From an uncultured Flavobacteriales bacterium (GTDB lineage Bacteria; Bacteroidota; Bacteroidia; Flavobacteriales_E; Vicingaceae), in NCBI GenBank assembly GCA_937901255.1, contig CALCHN010000044.1, positions 6,102 to 70,101 on the forward strand: a stretch of 64,000 nucleotides of DNA, written 5' to 3'. Positions 1-8,638 of the stretch are shown here, one piece after another. The position numbers and the translations under genes were made by a program. Position 1 is the stretch's first letter. Each line of letters begins with the position of its first letter. The notes under the pieces are model-generated. The model was not told where the DNA came from. It made no database searches and saw nothing but the letters and a program-made list of their open reading frames with translations.

Positions 1-1320
1 CCACCTATAAATAGATTGTTTGGCATCTCCAACTACCATGTTAAATCTATTGTTAGCTAGGGAATTATCTACCAATGGAATGAGGTTGAACCACTGAATT
101 ACAGAAGTATCTTGAAATTCATCAATAAGATAATGGTAATATTTTTCGCCTAAACGTTCATAAATAAACGGAATAGATTCGTTAGCAATTACATGGGCAA
201 TTTTTTTATTGAAATCGGAAAAACTAAGCACATTGTTTTCTTGCTTAATGTTTTCAATAGATTTCTCAATTTCATTAATAACTGCTAGTACAAAAATATT
301 TTTATGAATAATGGTAGCAATAAGGTAGTCGCTGTATTTTTCAGCTTTTAAATTTTCTAATTTGTTGTAGAAAGAAGTAAGCTCAGTAGTTAATCCATCA
401 ATAGTTTGTTTTATGTTTTCGGGAGTTTTTTGTGCATACCAATTTTGTTCGCCACTAAACATTTTAACAATAGAATTAGTTGGCGGATCATACTTTTTGT
501 TGATGTGTTTAATGAAGTATTTAGGAATATAACTTGCACTAAAATCATTATCTGCTAAACCATTAGATTTTATTAAAGATAAAGCTTCGTTGGCTATTTT
601 TTCAGTTTCTGCTTCAAAAGATGTAATAATGGTTTCCAACTCTTTTTTTATGAGGTAAAAATCATCAACCGATAACTCACTTAGTTGGTTGGCAAAATAG
701 CTACCATTTTCCTGTAAAAGCGTTTGAGCAAAACTTATTAAGTCTTTTTCAATGTTCCAACCAGCTTCTTCATTGGCTTTATAAACAGAGAAATCAACCA
801 TTAATTTGGTTATTTTATCATCTTTTCCAACTTGGGCGATGAGTAAATCAACTGCTTTTGTTAATACTTCACTTTCTTGCAGCTCAATTTCAAAATTGAT
901 GGGAAGGTGTAAATCATGAGCAAAAGTTCTGATGATTTTATGGGTAAACTTATCAATGGTACTGATGGCTAAATCATTGTAATGATGAAGAATATGTCGT
1001 AATACAACTTCACTTTTATTAATGAGTTTTTCTTTAGAAATTCCAAGTCCGCCCTCAGCTTCACTTAGTAATAAATCGTTCATTAAAAAATTGGAAGTGC
1101 CTTCTAATGGTTGGTTGGATGCAAAATCTTCGAGTGCTTTAATCACTCTTTCTTTCATTTCTGCGGCAGCTTTATTGGTAAAAGTTATTGCAAGAATATG
1201 TTTGTAGTAAGCAGGAAATTCGGTATTTTCAGCCAATACACGAAGTAAAAATTCTTTTACTAAGGTATAAGTTTTTCCGGATCCGGCAGAAGAGTTATAT
1301 AGAACTAAGTTTTTACTCAT
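1..1320 (-). CDS. UvrD/AddA-like superfamily-1 DNA helicase, N-terminal 440 codons (3' end runs off the window)
   Basis: Manual translation from the ATG at 1318-1320 (reverse strand) gives MSKNLVLYNSSAGSGKTYTLV (Walker A). Further on it gives IDEFQDTS (motif II) and GDAKQSIYRW (motif III). The frame stays open to position 1. It is absent from the ORF track because it is open-ended. Confidence 0.8.
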   Translation of the reverse strand, partial: MSKNLVLYNSSAGSGKTYTLVKEFLLRVLAENTEFPAYYKHILAITFTNKAAAEMKERVIKALEDFASNQPLEGTSNFLMNDLLLSEAEGGLGISKEKLINKSEVVLRHILHHYNDLAISTIDKFTHKIIRTFAHDLHLPINFEIELQESEVLTKAVDLLIAQVGKDDKITKLMVDFSVYKANEEAGWNIEKDLISFAQTLLQENGSYFANQLSELSVDDFYLIKKELETIITSFEAETEKIANEALSLIKSNGLADNDFSASYIPKYFIKHINKKYDPPTNSIVKMFSGEQNWYAQKTPENIKQTIDGLTTELTSFYNKLENLKAEKYSDYLIATIIHKNIFVLAVINEIEKSIENIKQENNVLSFSDFNKKIAHVIANESIPFIYERLGEKYYHYLIDEFQDTSVIQWFNLIPLVDNSLANNRFNMVVGDAKQSIYRW

Positions 1321-1351
1321 GATTATTTCATCTGTTTAATTTTTTTTTCGA

Positions 1352-1417
1352 CTCACCCCCAAGTTATCATTCGATAACTTTTCCCCCTCTCTTTAAAGAG
1401 AGGGGGCAGGGGGAGAG
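1352..1417. repeat. GC-rich nested palindromic element: an outer stem enclosing two perfect hairpins
   Basis: Outer arms are CTCACCCCC (1352-1360) and GGGGGAGAG (1409-1417), with one mismatch. They enclose AAGTTATC-ATTC-GATAACTT (1361-1380) and the 24-nt perfect palindrome CCCCCTCTCTTTAAAGAGAGGGGG (1383-1406). Confidence 0.6.
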
Positions 1418-1466
1418 TTATGTAATCACTCTTCTTTGTGTTTAATGTTAAATCATAATTTAATTT

Positions 1467-2438
1467 CTAGCAAGATAATATTTCTGCTAAAGAAAGTAAA
1501 TCGGTATTAATTTTTTGATGGTGTTTGATGGCTTTTTCAAAAGGAGTGTAGGCAATTTTATTATTTACAACTCCTATCATAAGGTTTGTTTTACCATCCA
1601 ACAAAGCATTTACAGCAGCATTTCCCATTTGGCTGGCAAGAACTCTGTCCATAGCCGATGGACTACCACCACGTTGAACATGCCCTAAAATAGTTACACG
1701 AGTATCAAATTTAGGATGATGTTCTTTTACATGTTTGGCTACTTCATTAGCTCCTCCAGTTTCATCACCTTCGGCAACAATAATTATCATGCTCGATTTT
1801 CTACCATGTCTGTCGCTATCTAATTTTTTAAACAGTTCATTAATGTAGGATGGAGTTTCAGGAACTAAAATTGCTTCAGCACCAACGCCAATTCCACTTC
1901 GTAAAGCAATAAACCCAGCATCTCTACCCATTACTTCAATAATAAATAAGCGATCGTGAGAATTGGCAGTATCTCTAATTTTATCAACCGCTTCAATTAC
2001 AGTGTTTAATGCTGTGTCGTAACCTATGGTGTAGTCTGTTCCAAACAAATCATTATCTATAGTTCCAGGAATACCTACAAATGGGATATTAAACTCACTA
2101 TTAAAAATAGCTGCCCCAGTAAAAGTACCATCACCACCAATGGCTACAATGCCATCTAAACCATGTTTTTGAATGTTTTCAAAAGCTTTTTTTCTCCATT
2201 CATATTCGTGAAATTCCTTACATCTGGCACTTTTTAGAATCGTTCCTCCTCTCTGAATAATGTTTTTAACATCTCTTGCACCAAAAGGTTCAATATTTCC
2301 TTCAATCAATCCTTTGTAGCCTTCATAAATACCATAAGCCTGAATATTGTGATAAGCACAAGTTCTTACTACAGCCCTAACTGCAGCATTCATTCCCGGA
2401 GCATCTCCGCCTGAGGTAAAAACACCTATTTTTTGCAT
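1467..2438 (-). CDS. pfkA: ATP-dependent 6-phosphofructokinase
   Basis: Motifs TSGGDAPGMNAA, IGGDGTFTGA, GIPGTIDNDL and MGRDAGFIAL. Length 323 aa. Confidence 0.95.
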   Translation of the reverse strand: MQKIGVFTSGGDAPGMNAAVRAVVRTCAYHNIQAYGIYEGYKGLIEGNIEPFGARDVKNIIQRGGTILKSARCKEFHEYEWRKKAFENIQKHGLDGIVAIGGDGTFTGAAIFNSEFNIPFVGIPGTIDNDLFGTDYTIGYDTALNTVIEAVDKIRDTANSHDRLFIIEVMGRDAGFIALRSGIGVGAEAILVPETPSYINELFKKLDSDRHGRKSSMIIIVAEGDETGGANEVAKHVKEHHPKFDTRVTILGHVQRGGSPSAMDRVLASQMGNAAVNALLDGKTNLMIGVVNNKIAYTPFEKAIKHHQKINTDLLSLAEILSC

Positions 2439-2457
2439 TTTTTATTTTTTTATTTTA

Positions 2458-2486
2458 GCCCCCTCTAACTCCCCCAATAGGGGAGG
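2458..2486. repeat. Second GC-rich element of the same C5/G5 word family
   Basis: Sequence GCCCCCTCTAACTCCCCCAATAGGGGAGG. It has a 6-bp hairpin CTCCCC/GGGGAG and shares the CCCCCTCT and GGGGAG words with 1352-1417. Confidence 0.4.
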
Positions 2487-2536
2487 ATTTCCAACGCACA
2501 AAACCCTTTCTAATTATTATCTATTTATTTTTATTA

Positions 2537-2920
2537 CTATTGTTTCATCAATTCTTGCAAACGCTGATGACGTTCTACAGAAAAATCGCTATCGTTTTTT
2601 ATGATGTAATTTATGACTTCTAAAGTACTATTTCTTAAAGAAATATTGGTAGGTGTTAATAAGAATTTTTGAAATAGTAATTCTTCGAGTAGTTTAAACT
2701 TGGTTAAATCGAAATCGAGTTCCGTTTTAAGTTTGTCAATTAATTTGTCTTCAGGGGTTTCTAAAATGATTTTTAAATTAATTTTCAGAAAATCAGTAGC
2801 AAATTCGTTGAGTAATTCTTCAGCTTTATCGGGCTCGTTGTTTTGTTTGAAAAGGAGAATTTTGGCTAGCATCTTAGCCATTTCATCAAAATATCGTTGA
2901 ATGTAATCCTTTCTAATCAT
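2537..2920 (-). CDS. Hypothetical helical protein (127 aa)
   Basis: Long ORF whose start overlaps the stop of the upstream methyltransferase gene by 8 nt (operon-like). No recognisable motif. Confidence 0.5.
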   Translation of the reverse strand: MIRKDYIQRYFDEMAKMLAKILLFKQNNEPDKAEELLNEFATDFLKINLKIILETPEDKLIDKLKTELDFDLTKFKLLEELLFQKFLLTPTNISLRNSTLEVINYIIKNDSDFSVERHQRLQELMKQ

Positions 2921-4088
2921 TTACAACATTTTCTGTTTTGTGCGTCTTTTTTGTCCCTTGATACATTTCATATTGAATAAATTTACACTCCAAACTTCCG
3001 TTAAACAATTTTAATTTTTTAGATGGTCGTAGTCCAACATTTTTAAGAGCGTCCATGTTAGAGCTAATTATCCATGCCGACCAACCACTAAATTTTTGTT
3101 TAAGTGTATCGCCAAAGTCGGTGTAAAGAGCTTCAATTCCATCGCCAATTCTTTCTCCGTAAGGTGGGTTAGAAATAATAATTCCAGGTTCGGTACTTGG
3201 AGTGTAGTCTTGAAAATCAGATAACTTCAAGCTTACTTTGTCTAGCAATTCAATGCTTTTAAGGTTAGCTCTGCACATACCCAACACTCTTCCAGAATTA
3301 TCCACACCAATAATTCTGGTGTTGGAGAATTTTCTGTTGGCAATAGCTTCTTCCTTTAATTTATTAAAAAGTTGATTATCGAAATCTTTCCAATTAAAGA
3401 ATCCAAATTCTTCTCTTTTAAGGTTGGGAGCTATGTTAAAAGCTATCATAGCAGCTTCTATAAGGATAGTTCCTGAACCACAAAACAAATCAAGTAGAGG
3501 AGCTTTTTTGTCCCATCCACTCAATAAAATCATACCTGCGGCTAAATCTTCCTTAATGGGTGCTTCACTACGACTTTCTCTATAACCTCTTTTAAAAAGA
3601 GCATCACCAGAACTGTCTAAACTTACTGCACAAACATTTTTTTGATTGATATACAGGTTGATTTTTATGTTAGGATTAAATTTTTCAACATTAGGTCTTC
3701 TGTTAAATTTGTCTCTAAATCTATCTGCAATAGCATCTTTAGCTTTTAGTGCAGGGAATTGAGAGTGATTAAATAGAGTAGAAGAAACCACTGCATCAAT
3801 AAAAAAAGTTTGATCTACATCAAAAATGTTTTCCCATTCCATTTTTTTGATTTGATTATACAAATCATCACTATCTCTAATAGGAAATTGATGAATGGGA
3901 ACTAATATTTTATTAACTGTTCTGAGCCATAAATTGGCATTATACAATAGAGTTTTGTCTCCTTTAAAAGATACACTTCTAATGCCTTTTTCAATTTGTT
4001 GAGCCCCTAATTGAGTCAATTCTTCAGCAGCAACATCTTCCAAACCGAAAGAAGTTTTAGCCACCATGGTAAACAATTTTTCTAACAT
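2913..4088 (-). CDS. THUMP-domain class I SAM-dependent RNA methyltransferase (RlmL/RlmK-like)
   Basis: SAM-binding motif DLFCGSGTILIEAA and catalytic motif SNPPYGERIG. The N-terminal THUMP-like region starts with TSFGLEDVAAEEL. Confidence 0.85.
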   Translation of the reverse strand: MLEKLFTMVAKTSFGLEDVAAEELTQLGAQQIEKGIRSVSFKGDKTLLYNANLWLRTVNKILVPIHQFPIRDSDDLYNQIKKMEWENIFDVDQTFFIDAVVSSTLFNHSQFPALKAKDAIADRFRDKFNRRPNVEKFNPNIKINLYINQKNVCAVSLDSSGDALFKRGYRESRSEAPIKEDLAAGMILLSGWDKKAPLLDLFCGSGTILIEAAMIAFNIAPNLKREEFGFFNWKDFDNQLFNKLKEEAIANRKFSNTRIIGVDNSGRVLGMCRANLKSIELLDKVSLKLSDFQDYTPSTEPGIIISNPPYGERIGDGIEALYTDFGDTLKQKFSGWSAWIISSNMDALKNVGLRPSKKLKLFNGSLECKFIQYEMYQGTKKTHKTENVVND

Positions 4089-4150
4089 GTTACAAAGATA
4101 GATTTTTAAGCAGCTAGAATTATCTTTCTGTTTTAAAATCTTTCAATTGA

Positions 4151-4498
4151 TTAATTATCTCCACCAGATTTTCCTTTGGTAGTTTTAATTTTTACTCTAC
4201 GTTTTCTGTTGTTTTTCGCACGTTGTTTGTTGGCGTATTTTTTCTTTTTTTCTAACTCTTTTTCGGCTTTTTTAGCAGCTTTTTTAGGGTTGGTATCATG
4301 TTTAGATAACTTGTCGTATTCTTCTTTAAGCTGCACACTAACAGGTTTTTTCTGGTTAAGACCAGCACTATAAATACCTTTTTTCTTGCTTTTGTGTTCT
4401 CTGCCATGAAACATGGAGGATTGGTCTATTTTTTTGTTGCATGAAAATAGAAAAATAGTGAGTAGTATAAGTAGGTTAGTTTTGTTTAGTTGCTTCAT
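4151..4498 (-). CDS. Small polybasic lipoprotein (115 aa)
   Basis: Signal peptide plus lipobox (LFSC). The C-terminal half is extremely Lys/Arg-rich. It lies 4 nt downstream of the SCO gene. Confidence 0.55.
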   Translation of the reverse strand: MKQLNKTNLLILLTIFLFSCNKKIDQSSMFHGREHKSKKKGIYSAGLNQKKPVSVQLKEEYDKLSKHDTNPKKAAKKAEKELEKKKKYANKQRAKNNRKRRVKIKTTKGKSGGDN

Positions 4499-4502
4499 AA
4501 AT

Positions 4503-5153
4503 TTACTTTTCGTACTCTGCTAATAACGTATAAATGTCTTTAATTAGTCTGTCCACATCTTGTTTTGATGTTCCATCATAAAATCCTCGTAACCTTTTAT
4601 CTTTATCTACCAACACAAAATTTTCGGTATGGATAAAATCATCAACACCGCCATCTCCTTCGGTTATTGCTGCAAAGTAAGTTTTTCGGGCAAGGTCGTA
4701 AATTTGTTTTTTATCACCGGTTACTAGTTTCCATTTATCGGATGAAATATTATGTTTATTAGCATATTCTTTTAATACAGGTACAGAATCTTCTTCGGGC
4801 ATTACGGTGTGTGATAAGAGTAAAATATCACTATTTTCATTAAATTCTTCATAAACACGTAACATTTGGTCGGTCATTTTCGGGCAAATGGTAGGGCAGG
4901 TAACAAAAAAGAAATCGGTAACATAAATTTTACCTTCAAAATCTGTTGGCGTAACAGTTGCTCCATCTTGGTCGGTTAAACTAAAATTGCCAACTTTATG
5001 GTTTTTAGAAGTTTCTTGCAAGGATTCATCTACTAACTTTGGATTAATATCGGCAGGATTGTAAATTTTTAAAGGTTTTGGTTTACTTATCATAAAATAA
5101 GCAATGGTAATACCAATAATAACTACAATAAGAGCAGGGATAAGTCTTTTCAT
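4503..5153 (-). CDS. SCO1/SenC family copper chaperone / thiol-disulfide oxidoreductase
   Basis: N-terminal TM anchor, CxxxC motif (VTCPTICP) and a thioredoxin-like fold pattern. Confidence 0.85.
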   Translation of the reverse strand: MKRLIPALIVVIIGITIAYFMISKPKPLKIYNPADINPKLVDESLQETSKNHKVGNFSLTDQDGATVTPTDFEGKIYVTDFFFVTCPTICPKMTDQMLRVYEEFNENSDILLLSHTVMPEEDSVPVLKEYANKHNISSDKWKLVTGDKKQIYDLARKTYFAAITEGDGGVDDFIHTENFVLVDKDKRLRGFYDGTSKQDVDRLIKDIYTLLAEYEK

Positions 5154-5211
5154 TTTTTAATTATTTCTCAGCAAAAGTAGCGGTAAAAAGGATATAAAAC
5201 AACCGAGTATT

Positions 5212-6690
5212 TTATTCTGTAGCTTTTTTATCTTCGGTAATTCCTAACTCTTTGTTAAGCACTTGCTTTAATAAATCGCTATCTAATTTTTTGGCTATAA
5301 TGGTTTTGTTTTTATCCAACAAATATATTTGAGGAGTAGTAAAAACATCATAAGTAGTAGTGTAGTTCAAACTTTTTAAATCGGTATAACCTTTGGCAAT
5401 GTATTCTGTAGCTTTTTGTTTGTCTTCATAAACTTCTTTGGGTACGGCAACATTAAAAAAGTTCATGTTGTTTTCTCTAATAAATTTTTTCCAAGCTTCA
5501 TTATGGTCGGAACTTACAGCATAAACAGCTACGCTTTTATCTTTTATTGTTTGGTAGTACTCAGCTATTTTTGGTAATTCTTTTTTACAATGTCCGCATT
5601 CTGGATCCCAAAAAATTAATATGGTATAATCTTTATCAATTTTATGCAAGTTTACCCAGTTTTGTTTAGCGGTATCAATTAGCATAAGATTAATGGCTGT
5701 TTTACCTATCAGTACTGGAACTAATTTTTTGGCTTTGTCTTGTACTTTTTCTATTAATTTTTCATCAGCCCAAAAAGCTTGTTCTTTTGTATAATAATTT
5801 AATGCTATATGAGCAAAAACAGCATCCATGCCCATTATTTTAGATTTTTCGTAATGGTTAATTAAGTAATGAATGGTGTATTTAAAAATTTCTTTGTTGG
5901 CTTTAGCTTTTTCAACAACCCAATCAATGTCGGCATTAATAGAATCGGGGTTAGGGTAAGCAAGTTTGGTGAAATATTTTTCAATTTTATTGTGATACAA
6001 CGGACTTCTTAACAAACGTTCATCGCTAAAATCGGTATCATCAAAAAAATGATTTTTGTAGTATTGGTAACGGGTGTATTGAAGTATAGAGTCATTTTGG
6101 ATAGTGTCAAATTTAGTAGTTTCTGGTTCTTTCATTGCTTTAAACAAAGCAGCAACAAAAGTGTTAGGATGTTTTTCGATTATAGATAGTCTATAGTCCT
6201 GAACTTCTTTTTCAATATTAGCCAATTGTTCTTCTATTTCTTTTTTTTCTGTGGCAGATGTAGTTTCTAGTTTGTGTTTTTCACGAAGAGTAGCAGCATT
6301 TTCTTGTATTTTACCAACATGCAACAGGTGTTCTAAAAACAATTTATTTTCTTCCGACTTCTTAACAACCATGTTTTTAACCGGATTAAGTGTATCTGTT
6401 TCAATTTCTATAACAGGTTCATCTATCAAAATTTCAAATAAAATTCTGCCATTATAAAAAATACCATAAATACCACTTTCTATAGTTTTAGTACCTTTAA
6501 AATGAGCGATACTATTTTCATTAACTTTTGCGGTATCTTTATAATAACGCTGATTACCATAGTAGTTAATTAAAAATAAATCGGTGTTTTTTAAACCATC
6601 AATTTTTAACTTAATAGAATAGGTATTGTTTTGAGCAAAAAGAGTAGTCGAAAGACTTAATAGAAGTAGAATAGGAAATAATTTCTTCAT
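5212..6690 (-). CDS. TlpA-like thioredoxin-fold protein with a long N-terminal domain (DUF5106-like)
   Basis: Signal peptide. The C-terminal redoxin motif is FWDPECGHCKKELP. Confidence 0.8.
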   Translation of the reverse strand: MKKLFPILLLLSLSTTLFAQNNTYSIKLKIDGLKNTDLFLINYYGNQRYYKDTAKVNENSIAHFKGTKTIESGIYGIFYNGRILFEILIDEPVIEIETDTLNPVKNMVVKKSEENKLFLEHLLHVGKIQENAATLREKHKLETTSATEKKEIEEQLANIEKEVQDYRLSIIEKHPNTFVAALFKAMKEPETTKFDTIQNDSILQYTRYQYYKNHFFDDTDFSDERLLRSPLYHNKIEKYFTKLAYPNPDSINADIDWVVEKAKANKEIFKYTIHYLINHYEKSKIMGMDAVFAHIALNYYTKEQAFWADEKLIEKVQDKAKKLVPVLIGKTAINLMLIDTAKQNWVNLHKIDKDYTILIFWDPECGHCKKELPKIAEYYQTIKDKSVAVYAVSSDHNEAWKKFIRENNMNFFNVAVPKEVYEDKQKATEYIAKGYTDLKSLNYTTTYDVFTTPQIYLLDKNKTIIAKKLDSDLLKQVLNKELGITEDKKATE

Positions 6691-6777
6691 AATTTTGTGT
6701 TGTTTTTAAACATGTTCAAATTTAGGATTTAATTTGAGCTTCAAAAAAAGATTAAAAAAAATTAACATATCATTAAA

Positions 6778-7575
6778 TTGCCAAAATATTTACTTTACAT
6801 ATCAATTATAGTGCCTTCGGTGTTGGTATGTTTAGGTGTTGTAATTTACTTATACCAAGAGTATTTAATATTTTATCCTGAAAAGCTTTCCGAAAAACAT
6901 ATTTTTAAATTTAATCAACCATTTGAAGAGTTTACTATACAAACTCCTGATAAAGAAAATATTAATGTATTGATGTTTAAAGCAGAAAATGCCAAAGGCT
7001 TGGTATATTATCATCATGGTAATGCTGGAAGTTTAGAACATTGGGGATTAAAAGCAGTTGATTTTACTAGTAGAGGTTATGATGTTTTAATGTATGATTA
7101 CAGAGGTTTTGGAAAAAGTACCGGAAAGATTAAGAATGAAAGAATGCTTTATAAAGATGCAGTTTTAATCTATAATGAAATTGAAAAAAGATATAGGTTT
7201 GATAAAATTATTTTTTATGGCATATCTTTAGGTTCTGGTATAGCAGCTAAGTTAGCCCATGAACTTACTCCTAATAAATTGATATTAGAAACACCGTATT
7301 TTAATTTTTATGATGTTTCTAAATTTCATTACCCATATTTACCCAACTCTATTTTATTACATTATCAATTTAAAACCAATAAATGGTTGCCCGAAATTAA
7401 AGTACCCATACATTTAATACACGGTACAGAAGATGAAACTGTTCCTTATGAAATGAGTGTACGACTTAAAAATTTAGGTGAAAATATTGATTTATGTACC
7501 ATTGAATATGGTTCTCACAATAACCTAAACACTTTTGAAGAATATCAAAAATATTTAGATAAAGTGCTCAATTAA
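6778..7575 (+). CDS. Alpha/beta hydrolase (membrane-anchored)
   Basis: Nucleophile elbow GISLGSG, an HG-type oxyanion region (YYHHGNAG) and a C-terminal GSHNN. Apparent TTG start. Confidence 0.75.
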   Translation: MPKYLLYISIIVPSVLVCLGVVIYLYQEYLIFYPEKLSEKHIFKFNQPFEEFTIQTPDKENINVLMFKAENAKGLVYYHHGNAGSLEHWGLKAVDFTSRGYDVLMYDYRGFGKSTGKIKNERMLYKDAVLIYNEIEKRYRFDKIIFYGISLGSGIAAKLAHELTPNKLILETPYFNFYDVSKFHYPYLPNSILLHYQFKTNKWLPEIKVPIHLIHGTEDETVPYEMSVRLKNLGENIDLCTIEYGSHNNLNTFEEYQKYLDKVLN

Positions 7576-7629
7576 AGGATTTATCCTAAATCAATTCCGT
7601 TAATTTATTTATTTAATCGAAATTATTTA

Positions 7630-7637
7630 TACATTTG
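7630..7637 (+). promoter_or_regulatory. Candidate Bacteroidota -7 promoter box (TAnnTTTG)
   Basis: TACATTTG lies 65 nt upstream of the ATG at 7702. Confidence 0.35.
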
Positions 7638-7644
7638 TCGGAGG

Positions 7645-7662
7645 ATAAGTAAATTTACTTAT
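7645..7662. promoter_or_regulatory. Perfect 18-bp palindrome, candidate operator
   Basis: ATAAGTAAATTTACTTAT lies immediately downstream of the -7 box and upstream of 7702. Confidence 0.35.
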
Positions 7663-7701
7663 ACTATGAATGCATTAAAACAATAATAAATTTATTTACA
7701 C

Positions 7702-8589
7702 ATGAAAAGAAATTTAAAATATGCAATAGCTATTGTTGCAGCATTTCCAATGTTAATGTACACATCTTGTACTGAAGACAAGCCGATAGAGGAAGAAGTT
7801 GAAGTAGAAATTGTTACAGAAGAAAAAGTAAAAAACGAAAAGTTTTATCAAATTCCTGCTCCAGATGAAATGTTTGGATTTATCAAAAAATCTGGATTAA
7901 CTTATAATAAAGCACTTATTAACTCTCCGCAAAAACAATCTAACTATACAACTCCATTAGAGCAAACTATGATTTTTGGTGTATATTCAGCAGATTTAGC
8001 TTACACAGCAGCTTACGAAGAGTTTAATGAGTCCATTAAATATTTTGCAATTATTCAAAAAATTGCTGAAAACATTGGTATTTCAGGTGCTTTTAATGAA
8101 GAATTAATGAACAACATTAAAAATAACTTAGATAAACCTGAGCAATTATTAGAAAACTCTAACGATTCTTATTTTTCTGTAGTTGATTATTTAGAGCAAA
8201 ATGAGCAAGGAGATAAATTAGGAATTATTGCAGCAGCAGGTTGGTTAGAAACAGTTTACATAGTTGCTAACTCTATTGATTACAATGAAAATGAAGCAGC
8301 ATTACAACGATTGGCTGACCAAAAACTTACGCTTGATAATTTATTAATGTATTTAGATAAGTACAACGAAAATGCAGATGTTAAAGAAATGACAGCTATG
8401 TTAAAAGAACTAGAAACAGCTTTTGAAACAGTAGAAGATGGAGATGCAAATTCTTCAGGAATTACATTAAAGAAAAAAGGTGAAGGAAAAATGGTTTTAG
8501 GTGGAGGAAGTTCTCCTAAAATTTCTAAAGAACAATTTGAAGCCATTAAATCTAAAGTAACTGAATTAAGAACTAAAATTGTTAAATAA
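7702..8589 (+). CDS. Hypothetical lipoprotein (295 aa)
   Basis: Signal peptide with lipobox (YTSC). Acidic linker followed by a helical body. No known motif recognised. Confidence 0.6.
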   Translation: MKRNLKYAIAIVAAFPMLMYTSCTEDKPIEEEVEVEIVTEEKVKNEKFYQIPAPDEMFGFIKKSGLTYNKALINSPQKQSNYTTPLEQTMIFGVYSADLAYTAAYEEFNESIKYFAIIQKIAENIGISGAFNEELMNNIKNNLDKPEQLLENSNDSYFSVVDYLEQNEQGDKLGIIAAAGWLETVYIVANSIDYNENEAALQRLADQKLTLDNLLMYLDKYNENADVKEMTAMLKELETAFETVEDGDANSSGITLKKKGEGKMVLGGGSSPKISKEQFEAIKSKVTELRTKIVK

Positions 8590-8638
8590 AACATCAATTA
8601 ATAGATAATTCACAATAACAAAATTTAAAAGCTCAACA

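Noticed and set aside
3298-3306. Perfect DnaA-box 9-mer TTATCCACA.
   Set aside because: It is a single isolated copy inside the RNA methyltransferase CDS, about 28 kb from dnaA. Roughly one chance occurrence is expected in 64 kb on two strands. There is no cluster and no adjacent AT-rich unwinding element.
8280-8597. 105-aa minus-strand ORF overlapping the end of the lipoprotein gene.
   Set aside because: It is a shadow ORF antisense to a longer ORF with a signal peptide. The same reasoning applies to the track ORFs at 1022-1207, 2700-2900, 4176-4373, 6251-6457, 12904-13098, 15598-15795, 18388-18570, 19451-19723, 21233-21430, 23739-23942, 24530-24760, 25877-26191, 26690-26956, 27584-27784, 27833-28018, 28205-28399, 29285-29566, 31294-31503, 31858-32121, 32822-33067, 37469-37747, 42607-42903, 43484-43756, 44110-44301, 44525-44722, 47770-47979, 50883-51122, 51152-51340, 51827-52042, 53630-53833, 53864-54154, 54586-54783, 55594-55827, 59394-59612, 59569-59823 and 62681-62869.
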